Below are positions 22,967-34,347 of a stretch of 64,000 nucleotides of DNA, piece by piece. Every line of letters begins with the position of its first letter. Position 1 is the stretch's first letter. The stretch comes from Minutocellus sp. GHC0000111 (lineage: Eukaryota). The stretch spans positions 2,542,001 through 2,606,000 of the forward strand of contig OZ361257.1 of NCBI GenBank assembly GCA_977018835.1. Reading direction: 5' to 3'. The notes below the pieces were generated by a model that was not told the DNA's origin, did not search any database, and saw only the letters and a list, made by a program, of their open reading frames with translations. The translations under genes and the position numbers were made by a program.

Positions 22967-25900
22967 TTAGGCGTTGGCATCGCCAGTTTCATCGGCACCA
23001 CTTGATGCCCTCTTGGGGCTTCTCTTTGGGCTCGCGTTGGGGACGATCTCCTGAATCAGAGATGAAGTGGAAGAAGATGACGAGGAGGTAGATGCGTCGC
23101 TCTCGCTAATCATACTGCACTCTTCGACCGCCGATCGGATCTCTCCGTCGAGCTCATCCTCGCTGGATTCGCCGCTGGGCTTGGACTCGAGAGCGTCTTT
23201 GATGTCGGCGTCAATCTCAAATTGTGGTGCAGGTGCGGGTTCCTCGTCGGGAGTATCGTTGGCGTCAGTGGCGGGGACGATGGTCTCGGCAGCCTCCTCA
23301 GCTGGGGGGGGGAGTCAATTTTTGTTCGGCCGATCCCGATTCCAGTGCTTCCACTGGCTCAGATGGTTGCTCGATGCTCTTGTTGGGAATATCGTCCTCT
23401 TCTTCATAAACGGTGGGGACGCTATGATCATCAGAATTGTCGAGGATGTCTCCTGCTTGTTCTATATTTTTCTTGTTTTGGTCAACATCGGTGCTGCCGA
23501 CCGTGTTCTCTTCCTCCATTGGGGCGATGTTCTCGTACCCCACCGTACTTCCGTCGCCTTCGTTTTCGACGGGCTTGGCATCGAGAGCTTCAGCGGGGAA
23601 GTCGCTGTCGGCGTCGCTCTCATCGGCGTCGTTCTCTGCTTCAGAATCGGATGATTCTGCTTCCTCGGGCTCTTGCGGGTAGAGGGGGTTCCGAGGGACC
23701 TCTGTCGCGACTGGCCCTTCTTCAGTAGCTGCTTCGTCAGCAATGGAAGTATCGGACGCGGAGACTTCCCGTTCAGCTGGGCTCTCTGCTTCTATTTCAG
23801 AAGAAGGCTGGGCAGATGTGGCAGGCATTGGCTCTGGCTGATCCGTCTCCATTTTTGGCTGCTCAGGCGCAGCCTTCTCTTGATCTTGAACTGATTCCGT
23901 CTGCTCCGCATCCTCTTCTACCTGATCAGATTTCTTGGAGCCTTCGTTGGATGACTCCTCGCTATCGACTTCCAAGATTGCATCTTTTTGCAATGCTATG
24001 GACTGATGAAGATCCTCAGCTGCAGCGACTGCATCCATAGCCGGCATTATATTGACTTCCTTGGATGCAGTGGGGATTGAGCGAACGCCGGTGCCCGCCG
24101 TGATGGTAGACACGCCACCGATTGAAAGGGCGCTGATGAGGCTCATATCGTCGCTCACATTAATGTACGGATGTACTCTGCAAGATCCGACTTCACTTGC
24201 CTGGTCATGTTCTGTGGCATCGGCAGCTGCATTGGTCTGTGGCTGGGTGTTTGCAGCCACGACCGCTGCCTTCGCTTGACGAGAGCTGGCGTAGCGGAAC
24301 TTCTTCGATGGCGTGTCCTTCTTCTTCTTGTGCCAGAGACTTGCAAACGTGGCCTTGATTTGGTTCTTGGTCGATGCTTCGTTTCCGCTGGGCGCATCGG
24401 TGGCCTTCTCAGTGGCGGCCTGTTCGACGGTAGGCATCTCAACCCCGGCCTCGCTCACAAGTAGCGAAACATCGGCGCCTCGCTCACCGACTTCGGTGGC
24501 GGCTTCCGCTTCGCTTTCCATGAGGGAAGGATCAACAGTCGAGGCGATGCCAACCTCGCCCACGGTATTAGTTGCTTCGCCATCACTCGGCACTGTCGGC
24601 TGGTCAATCTGGTAGGCATGAGGCAAGGACGTGTTGCTCTCTTCTTGGGACATCACAGAATCGTCGACATTGGGGTCGCAAGTATCCAGGAGGTCAACAT
24701 CCTTTCTCTTGGCAATATCCTGATAGGTGAACTTGGTAAACTTTGTCATATCACCGACGCTTGATGCATCCTCGACTATGGCGCTCTCGTCCAACTCAGA
24801 GGGCACATGGAGGGCTCGTCGTCATAGTATCTACTCGACATGTCCATCTCATGAGCACTGCTGCCGTCGAATTCAGAATGAGCATCGGAAAGTATCTCTC
24901 CCCGACCAAAGGCCCGGGCAGTGAAGGCATTCCACTTGGCCTTGGCCGCTCCCATGGGACCTGCTGGGGCGATGGACGAAATGATGGATTCCTCGGAGTC
25001 ACCATGCGGGATCGATACCATGCCGCTGGCATCCAGATCTCCCTCGGAAACGAAGGATCGGCTCATCTCGCTGTTGGCTGTCTTGCCAGGCGAGACTTCA
25101 GTCTTTCCTCTGGCCTTGTCATTGCCTTCCCTCCACGACGAAAGGCGGCGGATGGAAGATTCGTCACCACTGAACCAAGACGAGGCATTGTCGTTCTCAT
25201 CGACAATCAGTCCGCTGCGATTCTTTCGGCCGACGGCGCGTTTGTGGTAGACGTAGCCGATGCCACCAAGCAGGCCCAGCAACATGATGAAAATGACCGA
25301 TCCTAAAATCTTGTACGTGCGGCTGGCGTCGTTGGTACCATAGTCGGCCCAGTTCACCGTCAGCAACTCCAGCTCGCTCAGCATGGGATGCTCACTCCGA
25401 CGCAACTCGCGGTACAAAACGTTCGCATTGAGCGCTTCGGCTGTGGCTGTCCGCACGTCCATCTTGCTGGGCAGGACCGTATCGGTAATGTTGACGAAAC
25501 TGTACTGACCCGTCACCTCGTACCGCAGGACCATCTGCGTCTCGCCACGAAGGTCGGCCTCCAATCTCATGGCCGCTCCCTTCTCCCCCTGACCCTTGGC
25601 GGGCACTCCCTGCGGATACAGCGTGGCCTTGTCCACAAGCTTCGTGTCCAGGTACGCCTCCCAATAGTAGAAGCTGATGAGGGGCAGCTGATCGTTGACA
25701 ACGCCAGTCACAATGTTGTCAATGTACGACGCCATGATCTTGATCTGATTGCGGCTGAGCGTACCGAGGGTAGAGAATTCGTCGCCTTCGTCGGCCCTGT
25801 CCAAAATCACATCTTCATTGTCATTGTCTTCTTGTGCACCAAATCCTCGTCCGCGTGGCTGGACCGATCCGGCCACCAATTCCACCGCACCACCATCCTC

Positions 25901-26971
25901 GCTGTCGCTATCGATGGTGGAGAAGGGCTGTCCTTCACCAAATATCTGCGCGGGTCGCATCCCCATCGGAAAGGTAACCTCGACCCATATGGGATCAAAG
26001 TGCATGTACAGCTTGTCGGGTACGGTGGGACTGGAACTGGGCATGCTGGTCGGTGAGGATGACGGTGATGCTGACGGTTGGGCGGTGGGAGATGCTGACG
26101 GTGATGCGCTGGACCGTGCTGTAGGGCTGGCACTCGGACTGGCACTGGGTTGCTTGGTTGGACTGGGCGTTGGTCCTGCATATGATCATCAAAATGAAAA
26201 ATATGAAAATGGATGAGGAATTCGGTCGATGCAAATTCAAATTCAATTCAAAACAAAGCACAAAACCGCATGGCATGCCAAAGTCCATTGCGCATCACTT
26301 ACGAGGAGTCGGCTTGGGCGTCGGCCTTGGCGTGGGCTGCGGTGTCGGTCGGGGCGTCGGCGCCATGGTCGGCGGTACCTCGTTCAGGTCCATGCAGTAG
26401 TGATGCTTTCCAGGTTTTTCGATCTTGACTGCGCAGCCCCAGGTAAAGTCCTTGGGGATGCGGAAGCATACCAGTGATCCTTGGCAGTCCTGTAATGTGT
26501 TGGGAAAATGGGTTGAGTGAAAGGCGCAGATGTGAGACAACAAAGTATGAATGATGGACGCAATGCATCGCATCTTGATACTTCAACAATTCATTTCCTT
26601 TTCAATTCAAAATCCAATCCCAGCACATGCTGTGCGTCCCATTTCTCCGACACATACAAAATTCAAAATTGCATTTACATGCTTTTATGCTCGCTCACCT
26701 CATCCCTATCGCAGTCACCCTCGCACTTGCCCAATAGCCACTCGGGTTCCTTGTCAATGTAATTCAAAGAGTTGCCACCGGTTGGTAGTGTGGGTGGTTT
26801 GGGCGTCGGCTGCCTGGTCGGTGGACGGGGCGTTGGTACCGGCGCCGGTACCGGAGCTGGAGCTGACTCCCAGGGCCAGAATTGCGCCGTGGCGGGTGCT
26901 GGTAATGCCATGGCAAGGAAGGACACCACTGCCACGACTGTGGTGAGGGATGTGGAAGCCGTTCGAGGCAT
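22967..26971 (-). CDS. Large type I membrane protein with Pro/Thr linkers and one frustulin-like acidic Cys-rich domain
   Basis: Signal peptide; exons 26971-26699, 26489-26303, 26175 onward; spliced LGKCEGDCDRDE|DCQGSLVCF...YC; PTxxPT repeats; TM ILGSVIFIMLLGLLGGIGYVY; acidic tail continues across frameshifts at ~24805 and the G-run at ~23303 to TAA 22967. Confidence 0.7.
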
Positions 26972-27580
26972 GATTGGGACTTTGTGGTGTCTGGTCTATC
27001 TTTCCAAGAGATTGAAGTCAAGTCAGGTCAAGTCAAGTCGGAGTGGCAGACCCGTCACAACGACAAAAAATGAGGGGGTTGGTTGTGGGGCTGATTCGAT
27101 CGATGGGAGGAAGATACGACGCAAGGCTTCGACCGGGTCAAAATTTGGGATGCCCAAGGAGGATGGATGACAATGGAATAACTCTGTTGAAGGAGCAGTC
27201 GCAGCCAAGGCGTTGGGGCACTAACTGCAGCGATACCGGTATCGGAACCACGAGTCACAACCAAGTGGCGACCAACGAAAAAATGGCGGGTGGCTAAAGA
27301 AGAAAGAAATAGAGGGGCCCAAGCAGAGATTTAGCCCGGTACTCTCGGTAAGACAGGACTGAAGAAAGGGAATCCCCCTCTAATTTGAATTTTTGTCTTT
27401 CTGTTTCGTCATGCTTCAATCATTCGGAAGCGAATGAGCACATGCGCAGTTTTCGTTGGCATCCTCGCGATCGCATCGAAAAAGATGAAGCAGGCCGACA
27501 AGCATATCAACAGCAGGCAGAGAAACATCTTCAAGGAGCCAGAGCTTGCACATTCCCACTCACACACTTCGCGGTCAACG

Positions 27581-28360
27581 ATGACCTCCTCCTCCGCCGT
27601 CGTCGCCCTTCTCTCCCTCGTCGTAGCTGCCGCCATGATCGGCGCGGCCGATGGGCAGGCCTGCGAGGCCCCCATGGCAGTCTCTCACACCGGCTACATC
27701 ATCGACACCCTGTGCTGGGAAATGCCCGGCCATGTGGCTGCCGACGGAGCCGTCATGGACATTAACCCCGAGGACCATACAAGAAAGGTGAGCAGCCTCT
27801 ATCTGCGCTGCTTTCCACCTGCTTATATCTTTCTCCATATATCTATATTGTTTTGTGCTACTTTTGATCATGGCTATTCTCATCGAATTCGCCGTCACTC
27901 CACATCTATCATTTTTTCCTATGCTTCACATAAATTATCTGGGTGGCCATGACACTCGAAGTGCCTCCTCTGGCAACCCTGCATTCAAAGCGGCTACACC
28001 ATCCTCGAGCAAGGAGCCGACGGCAAGTACTTCCCAATCTACACCCTCGACGACGAGAGCAACGCCCTGGCCGTCGCCTTCTTCGAAGGTGAGACCAAGG
28101 AGGATGGCTACAAAGTAGTCACCGAAGGTTTTGCCTGTGAAGATGGAACCATCACCCTCTCCACCATTGCCCTGGCCGCCGACGACGATGGCATGGACGA
28201 GGACATGGACGAGGACATGGACAAAGATGGAATGATGGAGGAAGGTGAAATGGATGCCGATGAACCCGAAGGAGATGACAGCAACCCAGCCTACGCTGTC
28301 TTCGCTGCCGGGCAGGGTCTGGTATTCCTTGGAGCCTTTGTGAACTACCTTCTTCTCTAA
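27581..28360 (+). CDS. Secreted, probably GPI-anchored Cys/His protein with an acidic Met-rich linker, two exons
   Basis: Signal peptide; TGYIIDTLC...PEDHTRK|CLLWQPCIQSGY; intron 27788-27961; exon 2 open to TAA 28360 with a hydrophobic C-terminus. Confidence 0.72.
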
Positions 28361-28602
28361 TCTTGAACGAGATCACGTCATTTGACCGCCATGAAGGTCT
28401 ATCTGTATCAAAGTTGCTATTGATATTTCTGTATATATTAAAATTAGGCACTGGCATTCTATGTATGTGCAGTACAAGAAGTTCAATTTAAAATAGAGAA
28501 TCTTCTTTCATGATGTAAAATCATGGATAACAAAACCCCTGCCAGTATAGATCTACTGCGTAGTGTACAGTCGTTGACACAAGCCAAGCAAAACCAACAA
28601 AT

Positions 28603-31600
28603 CTATCTCACACGCTTGATAAGACGACCCGAGTTGCGTTCCTGGATCTCATTGCGACTGATCATCACCGAGATGGCCCGAGCGCAGACCATGGAGTTGT
28701 ATCCCTGAGCTGCAGCCTCCTCCAGGATGCGCTGCCGGTTGACAACTGCACCGACGCTGAGACGAGATCGGAGGAAGCTCTCTGTTCTCAACATTTCCTC
28801 CCGGGAGGGTGCGGCAGCACTCATTACAGATGGCGCCCCGCCGGCGTTGTTCTGACCACTGGCGTTGGCATTCATTGTGGCTACCTTGAATAGACGCAGA
28901 GCTTCAGCCACATCCTCGGGCTGGACCTCCTCCTCGAGGCGCATCTTGGCCAAACTCTCACTGATACGGACCAGGGCCTCGAGCTGACGGACGGTGATGG
29001 GAATGACAGCCTGATCGCCATCATCGCCATTCTCCAGGGCACGCTTGCGGACCTCATCTCGGATGCGGACATAGGAAGATGCCAAGACGTCGCCCGATTC
29101 CTCGCTGAGGCGAGGAGAACACTTGGTACGGCAGTACTGCACATACTTTTTCATGGTGGGGACGTCGAGCTCCCCCCGGCCGGTTGTGGCAACCCGCATA
29201 GCCTTCTCGGCGATGGCCTCAGGGGTACTGGCATTGGCAGCTCTGGCGGCAGCACTACTGGAGGCACTGCTGTCGCCCATACCATCACCTCCAGTGAGGG
29301 CACCGCCACCATCGACACTGGCAGCGTTGGAGGTCATGAAGCTACCCAACGACCCACCGCCGACGTCACCGGAGTTGCGGGTGGAGTTGACGTGAACGCC
29401 CATGACATGACGGCAGATCATCCGATCAAGCTCTTCGTCGCGAACATCTCTCACCAAGAAGATGAGATCGAAACGACTCAAAATGGTCGTCATGAGGTCA
29501 ATGTTTTCGCTGGCCGATTTGAGATCATCGTACCGACCAAAGACGGGGTTGGCCGCAGCCAGCACACTGGATCGGCTGTTGAGGACGGTGGCAATGCCAG
29601 CCTTGGCCACCGATATGGTCTGCTGTTCCATGGCCTCGTGGATGGCCACACGATCGGCGGGACGCATCTTGTCGAACTCATCAATACCAACGATGCCTCC
29701 ATCGGCCAGAACCATGGCACCACCCTCGAGGTAGAACTCACCGCGAGCATCCTTGACGACACTGGCGGTAAGACCGGCGGCACTGGAACCCTTACCGGAC
29801 GTGTAGACGCCGACGGGTGCGCAGCGGGTGGTGTATTTGAGGAACTGACTCTTGGCCATACTGGGATCGCCCAGAAGCAGAACGTTGATGTCACCACGGA
29901 GGCGCATACCGTCGGGCAGGCGCTTGCGAGCTCCACCGAACAGCATGCATGCCAGAGCCTTCTTGATGTCGTGGGTGTAGTCACCACTGATGGACGGAGC
30001 GATGCTCCGGCTCAAGATAGGGTAGATATCCGGTCGACGAGATAAGAGTCGGAAAGCCTCCTCCTCCCGTGGAGTAAAGGTAGCACTGGTACCAGAACCG
30101 GAATCCTTCTGCAGCCCAACGACGCGCAGGTACATGGTCCTGACGGAACCGCCGCTCGAGCCACCTCCCTTGCCGCCACCGCCGCCGGCAGAATTGGTGA
30201 AGAGACTGGCAATGCCAATGACATTGACGCGGGTACCCGGCGGAGCCTTGTCGACCAGACTGCGCTCGACGGCCAGGAGGATCGATCGGGGCATCTCACC
30301 GGTCGGCACCGATTCCGGTGCCTCCTGCAGCTTGAGCGTTTGCTGATCGACGAACTGACACTCGTCAGGTACGACGCCGTACGGTGCCGGGCCACACTCT
30401 TGCGGGTTGGGACCTGTTTGGATCATTCATAAGAGGAGAAAAGGTGGAATGTGTTAGTTATGTGGATGCATTCCATACGATAGCTATAACCCAAGCCATC
30501 CAGCGGTTGGCCCAATGTCATCTTGTCAATTTCAATTCAATCTACAACACCTATATCAACCCTGACTCAAGCAATCAATAAGACCACTCACCCATGCATC
30601 TCTGTGGGATGGCCACACCACCAAACGGCCCCGTAGTACTCTGTACAATCCGCTCGTCCATACATCTGGCACACCGAACCTTGATGGTGTGAGCCCGACT
30701 CCTCACCCTACTGGCACTGATGACAATGCCGGGAATGCGCAGCAACGTGTTCATGTGCTTGGATTGGATGCATCGGAGGGGCGTCGAGGTCAGGTTGCCC
30801 CGGAGCAAAATTTGGATGGTCGAGGTGGAGATGTTGGCCAGATCGGCCGGGGTGGGGAGGGCCTCGCCGGCGGCGGAGGTGGCACCTGGATTGGCATTGG
30901 CGCCATCGGCACTGCCCTCGGCAGTTTCACCCTCCTGGGTGGCACCCTGTGCAGCTGCCCCTTCTCCATCACCACCGTCGTCTTCCCTACCAGCCACCTC
31001 CCTTTGCATATCAAACAACAGCGTCTTCAAAGCATCTACCGCCGCCAACTCCAAGCTGGGCAGTATGCCGGCGGGCTGACCCAGCAGCAGTCCCAGCAAT
31101 GCCGTGTCGTACTCCCCGACGTGGGCAATGTCCACGTCCAAAAAGGCGTTGGGGTCGGCACCCGACGAGGCGAATTGGGAGGACGAGGTGGAGTCGGGGT
31201 TGGACTCGTCGCCGGACGTGCGGCGGTGCATCCGGAGGAGGCGGTCGCGGTACAGGTAGCGGCTCGACTGGCGGTAGTTGCCTGTGTTGTGTTTGCAGAT
31301 CGATGAGAAGGGAGGAACATGCGTAAGAATGACACATGAGCGAGATACCGGGCACAAATTACGATGACGATGATATTATGGATGGAGATACGCCCGATAG
31401 AACCATTCAAAGAAGCAAATAGAGCATCTCTGACTAGCAATGCCATCCGGTTGGGCGATGGAAAGGCACATACATCCTCTGTGCAAGTGCCTGGCACAAA
31501 TTCAAATTTTGGCCAGGAAGTCAAACCCGGCACATGACGCGCCATTATTGTGCTGGTTCCTTGCTCCCTCGCCACCACTACAACCGCACCAAAATCGAAG

Positions 31601-31795
31601 CCACAATTGAAACTCACGCAAAAACTCCCGAAAGTGCCGTCTCACGGCCCCCAGATCGACCGCCCCGTCCTCCAAATCGAGCATGGCCTCGGGAGGCGGT
31701 TGGTCGGCCTCCCCTCCATTGGCGTTGGCGCCACTGGCGGAGTTGGCCGCCAGGTTCTGGTGCGAGTAGTAGATTCTATCCTCGTCGAAATCCAT
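28603..31795 (-). CDS. MCM5: DNA replication licensing factor MCM5, three exons
   Basis: DQQTLKLQEAPESVPTGEMPR, LRGDINVLLLGDPSMAKSQFLK, GKGSSAAGLTASV, IDEFDKM, SRFD, ITVRQLEA; introns 31282-31617 and 30414-30591. Confidence 0.96.
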
Positions 31796-32088
31796 GATAT
31801 ATAATCTATTACTCCTCTACTGCTATGAATGTGAGTTGACCAGACCGGGCAGGGAAACCTCGCGGCAGACAAGTGGGCGCAACGATACACCCCGCCGTTT
31901 GAATGCTGCCATGGTCGATGGCGGTCGCCGGCCGGCCCGCCTCATTTTTGGCCGGCAGGCTCGCTCTACGAACACGTAGCTACGTACGTCATCTGCTGCC
32001 ATGCCGCTCATTCCGCCAAAGATACGCGCCGACCATGAGCATCCGTCCCGGATCGAAACCACCACCCACCACCAAAGCTACCGACGCC

Positions 32089-34135
32089 ATGCAGTACTCC
32101 CTCGCGGACGATCTTTCGGAGATGGCAGCGTACGGGTCCTTCATGTTCCTCCTCAACGAACTGCGCATTCTGGCCTCCGACGCTGATGAGGATGAGCACG
32201 AGAACGGCGAGGCGGGTGACGGCAAAGATCTTTTTCCTTCCGGCGCCCACAATCCTACCTCCGCGGATCGGAGCGTTGCCACTGATGAGACGATGGCTTA
32301 CAACGCAACTCATTCGCTCCTATACTGAAATTTCCTCTGTGTCCGTCGACGATGGAATCGGTGGTCCGGTCCAACGCCGATCGACTGATCGAGCTGCAGG
32401 GCGAGAAACGGCACGAGGCGCATCTGCAAATGTTTGATTACTTCAAGAATCGAAACACCGGTGGTGGCGATGGTGGCCGTGAGAGTGATGGTGATGGTGA
32501 CAATTATGGCGTCAATGACGATGCAGAGGCTCAAAACAACTCTGTTCCACGCAGCGAGCCAATAATTCTGGACTACAATGAGGAAAGTGCCGAGGGTGAA
32601 GACCACCTAGGCCTAGTCTACTCCCTCGTGCTGGATCATGCCAAGCGACGCATCACGGTGGTCTTTCGTGGGTCAGTGACGGCGTCTGACTGGGCAGCCA
32701 ACCGAGATGCCTTCTTTGTTACCGTGGACAACCCGCTGTTTACCGGTAAAAGTGTGGGTGGTGATAGTAGCGGTGGTGGCGATGATGATAAAGGTGACGA
32801 GGTGGATGCCGACGGCCAACCTTGGCAGCTTATACTCCATCGGGGCTTCTATGAGTATGTATACAAATCGATTGGTGGCGAAGATGATGATGACGGTGAT
32901 GATACCAAATTAGAGTGCCAACTTCGCCAGCAGCAGACGAGTGGTGATAGTGCCCAAAAGTCGGAACAGGCTGCTAGTTACGACGCCATCACCGGCCAAG
33001 ACCAACAGGCAAGGACAAAGATGGAAGAAATTGTAGCCAAAACAAAGGCCGCCCTCGATGATCATCCTGACTGTGAAGTATTTACCACCGGCGTCAGCCT
33101 TGGTGGTGCCCTGACGACAGTCTTTGCCTTCTTTGCCGCGGCCTGCTATCCCGAGCTCGGTCCCATCACCTGCTACAGCTTTGCATCGCCCAGTGTCTAT
33201 TTAGATTTACTGCCAGGGCGCCCCTTTCTGCCTGCAGCAGCAATGGCATCAGCGCCAAACTTCTCATTAGGACGCTTCTTCATGAATTCCTCGAAGGTTT
33301 CGAGGTCGACGACACACGGGTCATTCATTTTGCATCAAACACATTCTCCGCATTTCTTCCTGCGTCCAGAGTCTTTCCAAGTAGCGTAGAAGGAATTTCT
33401 CAGTCTACCCTCTTTATCGCCAAGCAAAGACGCCAGCTTTGCCCACCCGATACCGCCTTGTCTGTTGCGCAATTCATCTTCTTTCTCCTTCATTATACGA
33501 AAGCACCTCCGCCAGAATTCTGCATCCCGGCTAACATTGTTGGTCCGGGATCCCTTGGCACGGCGACTCTTGGCACTACTGAGCCTAGCGCGTTCCGAAT
33601 CACACTTGTTGCAAATCGCAGAAGTCGCGCGGTGGGAACACTATCCTTTCGCACGGCTCTCCAAAGGCTCGAAGCCGATGGAAAGCTCAAGATTGTGAGG
33701 ATATGCAATTATGCCGATCCGGTGATCCTGTTGCCCAAGGAGCCGCTCTCGATTATTCCTTGTGACGCGGTGCTGTCCACATTCTTCCTTGGCATTCGTC
33801 AATCGCTGATCTACCGTCACGTTGGGTTGAGAATACATTTGGAACCTCAGTCAAATCGTCCCGCGCTGATATCCCATACCAAGTTGGAGCACCAATTCTG
33901 GCGCACATTCCTTAGCGATATCGCCAAGCTTTGGGGTCGACAATTTATTTGTCTTGCGTATGTTGTTTGCTTTTGGCACAGCTTTACCCAAAATTACCGA
34001 GCCAATCATGGCTATCCTGAGTACTGGTACCGTGTTCAGACGCACCTGGGCGAACTCGAGGGCTTGGCTTTGCAAGGTTTATATGACGAATTTCTATCGG
34101 GCGATCGAGCGCATGTGAAGACGATCTTTATGTAG
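32089..34135 (+). pseudogene. Class 3 lipase-like gene disrupted by an internal insertion
   Basis: ITVVFRGS..SDW, LHRGFYEY, TGVSLGGAL, YSFASP / (A)VGTLSF...RICNYADPV..LP...YRHVG...NH; ~435-bp insert between FASP and AVG; frameshift ~32325. Confidence 0.78.
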
Positions 34136-34347
34136 CAGAATATCTACAGCAGACGAGTCTTTGTGCAGCAGGAATTCCTCGCCTGTACGAGCCACTTTAT
34201 GACTACTAGTCTAGTAGACCAGACGAACGAGTAGGATATTCTGTTCTACTAATTATTTTCTAAATTATATAATAGAGGTAGTTGTAAGCAGCACATTTGT
34301 TGAAAATAAGAACGTACTGGCCGCATTAATGTGTCGGGAGGGAGGAA

